From Octopus sinensis (lineage: Eukaryota), in contig NC_042998.1 in assembly GCF_006345805.1 (NCBI RefSeq), forward strand, positions 86,304,001 through 86,368,000: 64,000 nucleotides of DNA, in the 5' to 3' direction. The translations under genes and the position numbers were made by a program. The notes under the pieces are model-generated. The model saw only the letters and a list, made by a program, of their open reading frames with translations, did not search any database and was not told the origin of the DNA. How positions within the stretch are numbered: the stretch's first letter is position 1; the number at the start of each line of letters is the position of its first letter. Shown here one piece after another: positions 40,503-54,985 of this stretch.

Positions 40503-42896
40503 TCTCTTATTATAAAAGGCAGATTTTATCTGCCTCCCAAACCATTTGTTTATTATACAAATCTACAATATAGAATTTCTTCAATTATAATTTACCTATC
40601 ATTTTTACGAGTAGAATACATCGGGTCGTGGCAGGTACAGTTTTTCCTATTTCACCCCCAATTAAGCAAAAATTAGAGAAAACTAACTATTTAACAATTT
40701 TTCTCTTTCAGTTCAAGTGATTCACTAATACCATTACCACTACACTTTCTCTTCCTTTCTCTTTGCAAGTGTGCAACGATTAAAGTGAAAGTATTTATAT
40801 AAAAGGGATGAACTGCTTCACTCATGCTATCACCATAATTTCTCCTACTTTCTCTTTGCAAGTGTACCTTAAACCACTACTCAAAAAAAACAACACAGCA
40901 AACAGAAACAAATAAATACATAACGATTTACTCCTCACACAATTTCTTCAATTACAGTTTACCTATGATTTTTTAAAGTACTTCCATTCAGTCATGGCAT
41001 ACAAAATTTCTTTCAATTTGACCCTCAATTAAGAAAAAATTCGAGAAAACTCAATATTTTAACATTTCACTCTTTCACTTCAAAGCCTTTACTCTGCCTA
41101 TTACTCCCACTTCCTCTTTACACACATAGACACGCAAATATATAAATAAAATTGTAAGCTAACATATGTGTGTGTGTGCGTGTGTGTGAGTGTGTGTGTG
41201 CATGTGTGAGGGTGCGTGTGTGTGTGTGTGACTGTGTGTGTGTGTGTGTGTGTGACAGGAATGACCCATTCAGACTGGTCATCCTTTTTGCTAGAAGATC
41301 ACCTATGCTACACCACTGGTTTTCAGTTCATATTAATCAAATTAATATTCACAACAAGAAGGACTATTCATTATAATACATCAGTTCCACACATTTACCC
41401 TGGTTCCATTTCGGACAACTGCACAAACATTTGCCATTTGACACATGTATGTAAACAAATTCCTTTCTTAAAAATTTCAATTCATTTTCTTTTTCAATTC
41501 ATACAAAGTTATTTAGGACGAATATAAGATCTAAAGTATATCCAAGTAGCAGAAAGATCGCCCAAAAGTGTATATAGATATTTAAATGTATTTATATATT
41601 CATCTATACACACATGTATGTATAATGTGTGTGTATATATTTCCATAGAGGTAACCATTCACTCCGCACAAAGTTTTTTAGGACGAAAATAACATCTAAA
41701 GTTATCTCTAAGAAGCAGAAAGATCGCCCAAAAGTGTATATAGATATTTAAATGTATTTATATATTCATCTATACACACATGTAAATGTATTTATATATT
41801 CATCTATGCACACATGTATGTATAATGTGTGTGTATATATTTCCATAGAGGTAACCATTCACTCCATACAAAGTTTTTTAGGACGAAAATAAGATCTAAA
41901 GTTATCTCTAAGAAGCAGAAAGATCGCCCAAAAGTGTATATAGATATTTAAATGTATTTATATATTCATCTATACACACATGTATGTATAATGTGTGTGT
42001 ATATTTCCATAGAGGTAACCATTCACTCCATACAAAGTTTTTTAGGACGAAAATCTTTATATATAAAAGAAAGGTTGTGTGTCTGTCTACTCCGATTTAG
42101 ATTCCTAACTACTCCCACATTTTGCGATGCAGTTTAACCAAAGGCGGGTATCTTATAGTCGTGATTCATATCGAGCCCTTCTGGGTATTAGCGCACGTCT
42201 ACGATGAGTCTACGATTTTACAAATAATTTACCATCATTTTTTCCCATTTTAATGCATATTTTTTTAAATAAAGGGAAGTAACTCTCAAACTTCACACCA
42301 ATATGCGTGCTCATATGCGACGTAATATCACATAAGCAGCATTTCCTCACACCCTCCTTGCACTTGGCGAAGGCAAAATACCAGGGGATGAAAATGGTAA
42401 TATTGCCATCGATTCCATTTGTACCATTGTTAAGACGCCTTCTGATCTCAGAGATGCAGTGTTCCAAGATCTACAAGCTAATTATCAGAATATGGATTGG
42501 ATTGGCCAAAAGGCTATACTGGCCCCGAGGAATAAAACTGTTCACCATATTAATGATGAAATGCTAAAACTCATTCCTGGGGAAGTCTATGTATATCAGT
42601 CTATCGATACAACTCCTGACCCACAGGATGTCATCAACTATCCAATAGAGGTACTCAATTCCTTTGAGCACCCCGGACTACCACCACACATTCTCAAACT
42701 TAAAGTTGCTGCCCCTATAATGCTCATCAGAAATTTGGTTCCCCCAAAACAATGCAATGGCATTTGATCGTTAAGTCCTTATCTCCCAGCAGAAACTTAT
42801 GTCAATATTTGCCTGAATAATCATCATAATTCAGTGCAATCATTAACAGTACTTTCAAGCAATTCAGCCCTGAGCAATGCCGGGCAATTCTGCTAG
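40503..42896 (+). mobile_element. Composite Helitron with a RepHel helicase fragment and internal minisatellite
   Basis: A|TC 5' ends at 40503 and 42054. Minisatellite of about 165-200 bp at about 41500-42050. ILAPRN..HINDEML..YPIEVLNS..GLPPHILKLKV..PIMLIRNL..CNG (42459-42767). 3' hairpin ccctgagcaatgccggg and CTAG|T at 42893-97. Confidence 0.85.
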
Positions 42897-45032
42897 TATG
42901 AACATAAAATGATATATAATATAGTATATATATATATATATGTATAAAAAATATATAAAATGGGATAAGAACACAAAACATTCAAATAGACGATATGAAA
43001 ACGAACAAGTCATTCGAAGTCTCTAATCTTCAGTCAAGAACCGGATCATCCTCGCAATTTTGGCTGATTAATCTTGAGATTGCTCCGATCTGGCCAGGAA
43101 AAACTAAGCTACGAGCATTAGATTTCTTGGAAAAAGGATCGAATGTATACGAAACAAGGACAGAAAAACGGACGATGTTACACGAAAATAAATACAAAAA
43201 ACAAAAAGTAATACGAATATAAATACAAAAAACAAAAAACAATAATAATAATAACAGGACAAAGACAACGGGTGTCTTTCGACTTTAGACAATTCAAATT
43301 AGCTGGCGTGTGAGAAAAATAATACCTTATGGCAGACATCATCATCATCATCATTTAACGTCGGTTGTCTATGCTGGCATGGGTTGGATGGTTTGACCAG
43401 GGCTGGTAAGCTGAGAGGCTGCACCAGACTCCAGTCTAATTTGGCATGACTTCTATGACTGGATGCCCTTCCTAACACCAACCACTTCAAGAGTGTAATG
43501 GGAATTTGTGAGTGCCACTGGCATTGGTGCCAGTTGCATGACACCAGTATCAACCCATGACTACAATTTCACTTGTCTCCATGGCTCTCCTTCTCAAGCA
43601 CAGCATATTGCCAAAGGTCTCGGTCATTTGTTATTGCTTCCATAAGGTCCAACACTCAAAAGATGCTTCTTGCATTCCACCCGACATGGGTGCTAGTTAT
43701 GAAAAACTAACTCACCAAGAGTCAACAGTCTCGCAAGGTACTGTAGTAGGCCCGGAGAGGAGACCAAGCAAATATCCAATCAGATCTGCACATTGTTATC
43801 CAATAGATGGAAAAACACAACATGCAGCTGCAAGCGGATCATCTGTGTATGTTGTTCATCTTGGAATGACAGAAATGTTTTTCTTGGATCTGAGACTACC
43901 ATTAATTAATAAACATCCAACTATCTTATGGTTTTCAAAATAACTACAGAATACCCATGGGTACTGTTGCTAGTAATGATTCTCTTTTATCGCTCTTTAA
44001 AATGTGTTAATAAAAAAGGTAACAAAAAGAAGGAAAAAATTAATGTAAGTTGTAAACTATTGAAATAACAACATAGCAACAGAATATTGTTTTGCTTTAC
44101 TTATTTTATATAAAAAAACACCTCCAGTGAATGGTCCAAATCAGTTGACAATATATATCCCATGCCAATTTGGTTACATTTACTTACCTTCCATAGAATC
44201 TATTTTGGGGTGATGCCTGAGATTTCAATATTTTGTAATCTTCTTAACCATTTTAATAACAAATCCACCTAAGACTGCCCCTGGTTCTATAATATAAACT
44301 TCCTGTTTAAAGTAATCTAAACGAAATCTTTCATGTTAAACATCACTTTAATGATAACAAAGTTATTTTACTGAATTCTTTGTTATTTTCAAACTTAATT
44401 GAAATAAAGGTCGTTGTATTTCAACAGAAATAAGTTAACAAAAGGCTTAAACATTCTTTTAAAATATGAATGTCTCGTGGATGATAATACTGTTTCAAAT
44501 TTTGTCAATGCATTCTCATTAGCTGCAACCAAGGCATACTACTTGAATGCATGACTTACTATTTCTGGAACTTCACTATATCTTGAACACTATCATTCAA
44601 ATGTTATACAATGTCTTGAGAGTCTGCACAAATAAAGTGAGATTGCCAGTAAGCAGTCCAATCCTTTTGTTGGCCCAACCCAAGAGGGAACCAACACAAC
44701 ACACTCATTTTGCAGCTTAAAGGTACTAATGTGTATAAGATGTGTGAGTCAATTTTAAACAAAAAAAACTGTACTCCAATTTTGAATTAACAGCTTCTCA
44801 AATAAATTTGTATTCCCTTCCACAATATTACAATTTACTATTGGAAAGTCATCCTAAATTTCAATGTTACAAAACTTCTAAGCAATATTTTTCCTCATCT
44901 ATGAATGTATTTTAACTTTCATCTCAGAACACAAAAGCTTCTTTGAATTGAAATCAATTCATATAAAATTTTCAAAAGTTTATACTTAGGAAATATTTAA
45001 AAAATGAGTTCATCAGTCTGAGAACTACCAAC

Positions 45033-45157
45033 CTGCGATTACTTGCATAAAATAGAATAATCGTAATGATCAATATGCAAACCAACACTGCAATGACCGC
45101 AATAAAAATTATGAAATTCTTTTCATCGTTGTTAACAACTGTAGGTGGTTCAGTTTC
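45033..45157 (-). CDS. Cadherin-related gene exon encoding the transmembrane helix
   Basis: Acceptor ctcttctag, donor ag|gttggt. 125 nt, phase 0 to 2. ETEPPTVVNNDEKN-FIIFIAVIAVLVCILIITIILFY-ASNR(R), a hydrophobic stretch of about 23 aa followed by basic residues. Confidence 0.9.
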
Positions 45158-47254
45158 CTAGAAGAGCAAGAAATATCAATCTATAATGATTTTTACAGAA
45201 AGTAAACATAAACATAAAAATCACATAAGAACAACATCAATAATTAAACAAAAATTTCTAACTGAGGCAGAGATTCAGCAATTTGTTGGATGGGGATTAG
45301 TTAATTAAACTCATCCCTATATTTAACTGATACTTTATTACTTTGCCTTAATGTAATAAAGGTAGTTTGGACAAGATTTGACTTCAGAATGTAAAGAACC
45401 AATGCAAATACCACAAGGATTTGGTCTCTGACACTGAAATGATTTTGACAATCAACTGCGCTAGCAATAACAACAATAGCAGCAGCAGCAACAACAAAAA
45501 CAACAGCAACAACCTGTATAGATTATGACTGTGGTAATTGGTGTATTAGAGACTGCAAATGAATAAAGAAGACTGGAATGGAATCTCTTGCAGAGCTTCT
45601 ATGGAAGATTTGCCTCTTAGGAGCAGGGAAGATCATTAGAAGGGTTTTGAACATTTCATGTGGATATCTAACATTACAGGTAGTAACATGCAACCTATGT
45701 AAAACCTACCAGGAATTAAATTCTGAGTCAAAACGATAATAATAATGATGATGATGATTTCTTTTATTTGCCACCAGAGTGAAGGATGAAGGGTACAATA
45801 CAAAGACAGACATAAGGTGTGGGGGTTTACATATAACGGAATGTTAAAAAAAAAGTTAAAGGAAAAGTATACATTAAAACAAGGGAAGTATACATAGTAT
45901 ACAGCACTAAGAAGAAAGAATAATAAAGAAAATTACAGTGATGCAGGCCTCCTGTATCAAGAAGACCTCTAGGAATAATCAAGGAACCCCACCATCCAAG
46001 ATCACCCTGAATACCAAGCTCTCTTTCCAACTCCTTTCCTCCAACTCACTGGTCTACACTTTGAGTAGTATCATCCACTCTTGTAATTTTTGCAACTTTC
46101 ACCCACCTTTTGATAAATTCACTTGAGGACAGCACCCCCCTCCCCACCCCCAGTTTCCTTTTCAAGTGAAACTTGAAATAGTTGAGGGTTTTACAAAAGA
46201 AGAATGAATCTGTCCTCATTCCTTTCAGCTTCATCCACCAAACAACTGCTTTTGCTACAGCCACCAGGCAAAGGAAAACTGCCTTGACTGCATAATTAAA
46301 GGCAGGCAGCAGGGCAATCATCACTATGGACTCAGACGACAGACAGATCCATCCCACATGACAGCAGCTGTTTGACATAACTTCACATGTCAGCAATGCC
46401 AAGACACTGAACAGGTGCAATCAGAATAGTTTCGTTGCTCTGTCTGACAGCACATCCATGCCTGTTGAGTTTATCTCGAACTAGTAGCCCACCCCCTTCC
46501 TGGTAGTATTACCAGACCAAAAACATCTGGAAATTATACATAATAGTCCCCAACCCGTTCATTTTCATCAATGCCTAGGGCCTCCCAATTTGTTTCAGTC
46601 ATTAGACTGCAGCCATGCTGGGGTACCACCTTGACAAATTTTTAGTTGAATGAGTTGACTCCAGTACTTATTCTTTTTGCTAAGCCTTGTACTTATTCTA
46701 TTGGTCTCTTTTGCTGAACTGCAAAGTTACAAGCTTGTATAGGAAAACTGCCTTGCCTGCCCAATTAAAGGATGGCAGCAGGGCAATTGTCACTATGAAC
46801 TCGACTATGACAGTGTGAAACGTGAAACGCAGCAAATGATTTTAACTCAATAGAGGCCATTGATTGGTTAAAATTCGAAAAATTAAACTACGTTAAACTT
46901 ACAAATTACAATTTTCTCAAGAAAGCCAAGAGAAAAAACTGTTTTATTTTGACACATTCTACCAGTATACGAAGTTTAAAAGTGTTTAGTTAACTAGAAA
47001 TTGTGTTGAAAACTGCCGTTCAAAAGGAAAAGATCTGTATATGTGATTATACCAGCTTCTAAAAAAACAAACCAAAATCAAGCATTAACATTGCTGAAGA
47101 TAATTATCTTTTAAAGAATATATCTTATTTCCTGTGTTCAAAATAAAGCTTCTTATTAATCTATATGACTCCTGTATCCTGGTGAAAATCTCTCCAATCT
47201 TTACAAGAGGAACACAAAACATTTACCATTCAAAATCTGAAATCAGTTTCCTAC

Positions 47255-47321
47255 CTTAACATTCTCTACTGAGAAATCTTGAAACTTCTCTGCATTTAAA
47301 ACTGTTTGCGTATCAAGGATT
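47255..47321 (-). CDS. Cadherin-related gene exon (end of membrane-adjacent domain)
   Basis: Acceptor ttttttttccattaatatatag, donor aag|gtagga. 67 nt, phase 2 to 0. ILDTQTVLNAEKFQDFSVENVK. Confidence 0.8.
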
Positions 47322-49677
47322 CTATATATTAATGGAAAAAAATCAAACAGGAATTTAGTAGTTTCTTGATTTTCTATATATTTTCTACATAAAGCAAAGT
47401 AAAATTCATTATATACTTATTCATATGGTGGAACTTCATACAAATATATAAGTATCTTCTTATTGTCTTAGAAGGAACAGTTTGCCTTTAAGAAACACAT
47501 GCATTGGTTCTATTCTATTTCTTTACTCAACTAGAGATTCAATTAACCAATAAGCTAATTGGTTTTTCGAGAAATTGTACAGTCAGTCAATCAATCAGTT
47601 GGTTTGTCAAAATCTTTTCATCACCATTTTCCATCTTATCAAATTTGTTCCTTTCTCTGAGACTGCATACAGGAATAGAAAGTCCTTGGTGAAATAGAAC
47701 CAGTGTGTGTAGCTCTTATTAGCAAAATGACCCCCACCAAAAAATACAAACAACATCTGTTTCAATATACAATTTTGCATTATGAATCTTGCAAAAATGA
47801 AATAAAGGCATTTTATTTAATGTCAACATTTTCAATAATTCTAAGATCACCTTTACATATTTTTGATTTTTGGAAGCAAATAAAAATAATATTTGGTTGC
47901 CTTTACAGTACACAATGCTAAAATATATAATATATTTAGTTTAAAAGTCTAATGAAATACTTTGTGTTTTAATCTGCACTCTAAGAGTAAATAGTCAAGT
48001 ACTTTACCACTCAGATTTTGTGTAAATCTAATTTTCAAACACCTATAACATACTTCTTTTGCAAAATAACATGAGATTTCACGAAAGTCTCTTCATTGTG
48101 GATTTGCTAAGAGTCAGTTGAATCAAAGCATTTACACTCAGAATATCAGCCACCCTAAGTTCTTTAAATACCTAAGATGAATATAACATATAATTACTCA
48201 GTTATCTTTTTATCTTTGGCCTTCTAATTTGTTTTGTAAAACATGCAAAGTTACAACTACCAGCAAAATCTTAGAATACAGTAAGCTCACATTATGATAC
48301 TTGATTCTCTACAATCACATTATAGTATATAATACTAGCTTAGATTGAAGTATGGCCTATCTCTCAAACATTAAGTCAGTAAATTTCATGTCACAAGTTT
48401 CTTCAAGGGGAGCTGGGTGTAACTAACTTAATGAAAAAGAGTTTTCAATCACCAGTTCTTTGATTCAGTAATGAATTGTTCTAACCTTAAAACAGAGTTT
48501 CAAACTAACAAGCATTTAGTGATTATAACCCAGAGAAACACCACTAGTCGTTGATAAACTACAAAAATTAAACTGAAAAGCTTATATTTCATCCATTTGC
48601 CTAGTCTTATTTTGTAAGGGAATAAAAAAGGCAATAAATTTCAAATTTGTCACTAATTAGTCCCAAAAGGGGTTTTTTGTTTTTGTTTTTTGCAAAGAGT
48701 TTATATTTTCTTTTATTAGTTTAATCCAGAAGCATGGGCAATGCCCAAGACCTTTGCAAGACATTCAGGACTACTAAGATCGGTCTGATTAATATTCTTT
48801 TTCAGGAAATTTGGAGGAAAAAACATGTACAAGGATGCAATTTAAGAGGAGTGGCGTTCTGATAGAACTAGATATAGGGATTAGTGCAATGCAGGCAGAT
48901 GGATGGGGATGGTGAAAACAATATGGGAGATGAAAGGATAAGAGGCAAATGCACTGGAAGCGCCAGAGTATAAGTTGCATAAGACCAGCAATCTTCAAGA
49001 AACAGCAGCCAATGTAGTAGTGGGAGAAAAGACAGGGCGGAGACAGCATGTTTGTGGGCCAGAGCAGTTGTGTGATGGTGAATAACTTCATGTCAATGGA
49101 GTCAAATGGCGTTTTTGTGAGGATGTACATTAGAAATTATAGATAGCTATATTGACAGAATGTAGGAATTGCTTCATCACCATTTCACAGTCTACATAGC
49201 CAAACTCTGGCCATTTCATTCCATCTACCTGTGAATAGGTATAAAGCAAAGAGACAGATTACATCTGTTAACATCAAAAGCAGGGTTCAAACCATTATAA
49301 TTATAGCTTGGAGAGTGATGAGTTCTATCATGGCACATTTTACATATACAAGATGAGACAGTCTTCAGTAGGGCTCCTAGCATTTAACGGGTTATACAAC
49401 CCATAGCTACAGCTAAAAGGAAACAAATATAACTTGATATTACATACAAATTTAAAAATCTAAAAGAGCAAATGTTCAATATTTTACCTATTTGTATGCT
49501 GGACATTTTCTCAGATATATAGAACAATGGTTGGAAAGTAGGCTTTAGTTTGAACAGAGACTTGTGTGTAAACTAAGAATACAAAGCTATGCCTGATACA
49601 AAAGTTCTATCTCTATATTTTGAATAATATGTTTATTAATTTTAATACATAAATAGAAAACTAAAACTGTGACTCAC

Positions 49678-49746
49678 TTTAGAAGCTCTTTAGGAGGAAC
49701 TACCTTTTTAGTTGCATTTTTAACTGCAAATAAAACCAGACTTGTC
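49678..49746 (-). CDS. Cadherin-related gene exon (membrane-adjacent domain)
   Basis: Strong pyrimidine tract tcttctttttattttatcattgtag, donor aa|gtgagt. 69 nt, phase 2 to 2. TSLVLFAVKNATKKVVPPKELL(K), containing an N-glycosylation sequon (NAT). Confidence 0.85.
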
Positions 49747-50184
49747 CTACAATGATAAAATAAAAAGAAGAAAAATATATTCATAAAATTCAAAATAACA
49801 ACATTACACACATACAGAAACCCAATCAATCAGGTAGATATCACCTCGTCAAACTAAGTCACATACCCCCTTAAAATTGATCACAACACCGTAAGCTAAC
49901 TACCTTTCTCTCTCCCTTCAAACTATTATGATTCCTCCTTTTGTTTTACTTTTTGTCTTTTCTTTCTTCCCCAATCTTTTTTCTAGTATTTAGAGACATC
50001 TCCAATTATAGATGAAGGGACAAGTTTCTAAGTTCTACAATACAGAAGAGTCAAAAGGCCACACAAATCAAAACTTCTATTAAATTACACACACACACAC
50101 ACACAAAACCATGACTATATGACTGAGAAGCAAGTTTCTTTACCACACAGACAGGTGTGGTTGTGTGTATGCATGTATGTCTGT

Positions 50185-51070
50185 ACAAAGGCAAGTTAAA
50201 AGTTTTGCAATATTTACATACCGGTTAGTTTGCTAGGTGTTTCTATTGTATACCTGAAATAGTTCAAGCTTTGGAAGGTAATGCTGAGGTTGGTAGCATC
50301 ATGGTAGTGCACTGATGTGTTGTACATTGCTTCCCTCCACATGTGATTTGAATGTGCAATGAAGTCTAATTCAGGAATATATGCTTTGTGTTCAAACTGG
50401 GCCAAAAACATTTGTTGCACAAAATGTGAAGGTGCAGTTGATCACAGTACAGTAACCAGATGATTCAAGAATTTTCACTCAGATTGCAAGAACCATGACA
50501 ATCAGATAAGGTCAGGCAGGCCTAAAACCATAGATTCTGAGGCCATGCTCCAAGCTATAAAAGTAAATCCAGTAAGTAGCACTTGGAGAGTACAGGCAAG
50601 TTCAGCCTCTTATAGTCCAGTGTGGCTAGTCACCTTTGCAACCTCAGCAAAAACAACTGGAGCTGCTCAATTCAGCCTCATAGAATGAGCCCAGCTCATG
50701 TACAGAGCAAGTGAATGTTTTGCAAGGAACTCCTGGAAAATCTGCATAATCTGCAGTTCCTTAAGAGGATAGTAACATGCAATAGAATGTGAATATTTTC
50801 CACAATCCATGCATAAGTATTGATTAAGCAAGAGCCAGCTTCTGGAACCTGTCACAAAACATGAGCATTCTAAACACAAGGTGATGTTCTGCATGGAATT
50901 ATGAGGAGATAATTCACTATAAGTTCATCCCAGATGGTTGAAATATTGGTGCTAATCTGTACTCTAAACAGCAGGAGAGGCTTATGCAATTATGCAGCAA
51001 AGACACCCAGCACTGGATAACAGAAAGTGAGCTCTACTACAGCAAGACAATGCAAGACCTCATACCATTC
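50185..51070 (+). mobile_element. Decayed mariner element
   Basis: HSTVTR*FK..SGRPKT.DSEA (HTH region), LKRIVTC and QDNARPHT in broken frames. Boundaries are approximate. Confidence 0.7.
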
Positions 51071-51380
51071 AAACATATCCCTACATATTCCTACTCCACC
51101 TTCCCTATCCTTCCCATCCTATTCCACACACCCTCTCCCACATACCCCAACCCTCTGCCTACCCACAAGCCCCAACTCTACCCCAACCCTCAGCTGAACC
51201 CACACCCCACCCGTGCTTTCTCCACTCTCGCTTCTCCCACCACCCAACATCACACCACACCACACTACACCATACATTACACATCACATTACAACACACC
51301 ACCCACACACCCATCCCCACATTTTGTTTATAAAAGAACATTGTTTTTGTTTTGTTTTTTGTGGGTGGGGCTTTGAAGAC

Positions 51381-51425
<45 letters not shown>

Positions 51426-51552
51426 CAGACAGATAGATAGTCAGAGGGATAGAAAGATGAGTAGGGTAAAAGAGAGAGAGCAGGGCTATTCATTTTCCTA
51501 CCCACCACTTTTCATTGTATTGAAATGGGTTTTTTAAGGATTGTCAAAAAAA

Positions 51553-51587
<35 letters not shown>

Positions 51588-52992
51588 AGTAAAAACTTGT
51601 TTACTACTTATACCATTGCTTTGAAATGGTTTTTAGGGATGGTAAGAAAAGAAAGGAAAGAAAAAGAAAAAATAGGGAATAAGAAATAAAAAATAATAAA
51701 AAATGTTTTCCTGTCCTTTCTGTTTCATACTCATTGAGTTATATTTAGAATATATTCCTGTCATACATTTATTTATATATTTTTGGTAAGGTGTAGTTCT
51801 GTATGAAAATACATTAGTAAAATAAAAAAAACTATATATATCTCATACCCATACATATGTACATACATAGAAATGTACTCTTTGCTTCTTTTTTTTCTCT
51901 TTCAAACATTTAATTTCAAAGAGAATCTTTTTATGAAGTGTAGTTCCACTGCCTTTTGGTATTGCAGACAATGCAAGACCTGTGTACATTTGTAAAAGGG
52001 AAAGATTTTGAACTTTCCGTCTCCACATATTTCTAGGTGCTTACTCAATGGGATTTTTCATAGTTCTTCTTGCCAGATATGTACATCACACCTAACACTC
52101 TACACACACACACATATGCATGCACATATATACTTGAATATATCTACATACATGCAAGCATGTATGCATGCATAAATATGTACTTACATATACATACATG
52201 TATAAATATGTATGTGGATACTAATGTAATAATATATAATAATATATAGTAAAGCATTTAATCTGAAACTCTGTTATGTATGTTTTTGCACTATTCTTGG
52301 TTATAATGTCGACCCAATGACAAGTTTTTTTATCAGGCAACTATAATGCACTGATGGTAATCTTCTCATCTGAGATCAGCAATTAGCACATGACAATGGT
52401 TCAGCATATATTTACATCAACCGCTTTAAACCATGCAGTGTTTATTTATGTAAATTGTCCTCATTGCAAGGGCAATAAATTCGACAAAACTGGCATAGCT
52501 GGATGCAACTGTAAATTCCGTGAAGGATCAGAAGAATTTGCTGAAAGTGTATACAGTTGATAGGAAGTCATAATGGAAATGATGGTGTAACCACCAAAAC
52601 TGCTGCTTTTATACTATTATGGGGATGAAGTTTTGAACTAATTTGGAAATATTTACATGAAGAGTCTAACAAACCTATCAGATTCCTCGAAATTTTCACA
52701 GTGGCCTCAATTATCAATTCTGAGAGTGATAATGGCTATTTATATCAACCAGAACACAAGCAGGTATAAATCTGCAGCAGATAGGGTTGCACATATTTTC
52801 ATCATCTGATTCAAAGCAAGTACACAGTGCATGTAAATTTATGCCAGCTGATGTTATGGGGTTAATTACAATGGTTTCTGCTTCATTATGTATTTTAATT
52901 CCATCTTTAATTTTATATGAAGACTAAAATTGCTGAAGGAACGCACACGCACACACACAGCAGTAAAGCCATTATATAAAATAAGAAAATAC

Positions 52993-53085
52993 CTTAGAGG
53001 ATCAGGTTCACCTTGACCATTTTGGGGGACATCAAGTTTGCCAGGAACAATTTCATATTCCTCTCCCACAACTGATTGAAGAAAT
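52993..53085 (-). CDS. Cadherin-related gene exon (membrane-adjacent domain)
   Basis: Acceptor tatgtttctag, donor ag|gtattt. 93 nt, phase 2 to 2. FLQSVVGEEYEIVPGKLDVPQNGQGEPDPL(R), in frame with both neighbouring exons. Confidence 0.85.
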
Positions 53086-54106
53086 CTAGAAACATATACA
53101 CATACAAATATTAGAGATGGAAGAAGTAGTATTAATAGCAAAAGCAATCTTTATACCCTACAAAACATGGATATATTGTTAAAGCACTGACTATTGTGGT
53201 ATTTGAGAGGTCTTCTCATATAGTTATACGATGCTAAAAGCAGTCACATATAACATAGCAGACAAGAACTTCCAGATCACATAATTTCAGAATTCTGCAC
53301 TTCTTCAGTGGCTGGTGCCCAGCTGTAGAAACTATGCCAAAGCAGACAACAGAGCTTGGCGCAGTCCTCTGACTAGGTACATATGTGGCTGTGTTGTAAG
53401 AATTCTGCTTCCTAACCAAAGTAGAATTGTGATTATTACTCAATAGGTTCTCTCACATAATCTTCTCATGTAAACACAAATTTTATTCCCCTTTTGCTCA
53501 TTATGTAAAGTTTTTATAATTGCTCATAACTGTGACTAAATTTTTTCACTCATTATTTAAGTACTACAACATCAGTTTACTTTCTCCTACTAGCATATTC
53601 TCTTTCAACATACTTCCTTCTCCACAACCTCCCCCACCACTCCTTTATCTCAATGTACATCTCCTGCTGCTTTGACAGACCAGGTGGCATTCCCAACTAA
53701 TCTATTATCTGCTTCACATAAATTTGACCACCCATGACGTTCGTTTTGAAGAGGATGGCTTTAACTTCATCTTCTTGCCCCCTCCCTCACTCTCTTTCTC
53801 TCTGTTTCTTCACTTCTATCCCTGTTCTTTTCTTCTTATATTGTAGAAGTTCTTCCTCTGTCCCATACATCACGTTTGCCAATCTTCTTTTGATGAGAGG
53901 AGCCAGACTTATTGCAATACCTTCATGTGACTGGTAACTGGTTACATACCCATGACGTTTTGCACATTTCACCAGAAAATTATGATTATTATGATTATTT
54001 CATAACACTGAGCTCCTTGAAACAGCTGTCATGCTAAGAAATTACCTATTCTATTTTGTATTTTTTGTGATCCATGTAAATACACATATAGACAGACACA
54101 TACACT

Positions 54107-54138
<32 letters not shown>

Positions 54139-54778
54139 TAAATAAATATAGACATATATCAATGTCTGTGTACATGCATGTCTGTATGTGTACACATATA
54201 CATACATGTGTATGTGTACATATGTGCATGTTACCAAATGATCCGCTGAAAAATTCACAGAATGAATATGCACACAAACATGAATATATGCAGAGACTTT
54301 TGCATAAATATATACACAAACTCATAAATATACAATCCTATGCATTCATAATAATATGTGAAAAACATATAAAATTCTGCAATCAGGCACACACATATAG
54401 GTAAAAACAAATCTCACATCACTCTATTAAATGTCACGTGACTCTATTGTGTTCTATTGTTTTATCTAAGATGGAGACAAATCCTAATGTCTCAGGATAC
54501 AGACTCAAATAATTAATGAGAGATATCTCTCTGAACATGAAACCAATGATAGTCTGGTTACCCCATGAATAAAGAATATTTATCCACTGTGTGTACACGT
54601 GCGCGCACACACACACACACAAACACACAGTTTGATAAGTGCCAGCACATGAAACTCTTGAGCCTTGAGTCACTCTATAGCTTCTGCTGAATATCAATAA
54701 AAAATATATACACACATTCATATTTTGAGTTCTATTTTCCCTGTCTGCATCACCAGACCTATACATATATATATATTT

Positions 54779-54985
54779 AAATGGGGAAGGCCAGTTTATG
54801 GGATTGCCTTAGGTTTCCCATCCATGAAGAGTGTAGCTTTATGGCATATCATCAGATCCCCAAAACCAGTTGCCCCATGACCTCTTTAAAATATTTTGAA
54901 GAGGTCATAGGCCAACAGGTTTTTGTGATCTGATGATACACCACAAAAAACCTAAGGTAATTCCATAAACTGGCCTTCCCCATTT
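54779..54985. mobile_element. Fold-back MITE, imperfect hairpin over its whole length, with TTAA-like flanks
   Basis: aaatggggaaggccagtttatgg..ccataaactggccttccccattt, plus inner arms atcatcagatc/gatctgatgat and atgacctctt/aagaggtcat. Confidence 0.75.

Noticed and set aside
41500-42050. Regular repeat units as a possible CRISPR-like array
   Set aside because: The units are contiguous tandem copies with no unique spacers, in eukaryotic DNA. It is a minisatellite within a Helitron.
42995-43290. Possible hammerhead on the minus strand (CUGAAGA...GAAU) in a TA-flanked repeat
   Set aside because: No convincing stem II and no GAAA core.
44188-44623. Candidate exons at 44188-44216 and 44560-44623 with strong GTAAGT donors
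   Set aside because: The first is phase-incompatible with the conserved 39648 exon, and the second has stops in all three frames.
49448-49459. 12-nt candidate micro-exon (KFLN) and a 20/35-nt candidate at 48008-48042
   Set aside because: The longer 47255-47321 exon has a stronger pyrimidine tract and joins 49678 directly in frame. Alternative use cannot be excluded without RNA data.
50222-50253. 32-nt candidate exon (YTIETPSKLT) with good splice sites
   Set aside because: It lies in the left end of a mariner remnant. It is unnecessary because the upstream acceptor at 49747 gives RTSLVLFAV, which fits the cadherin domain better.
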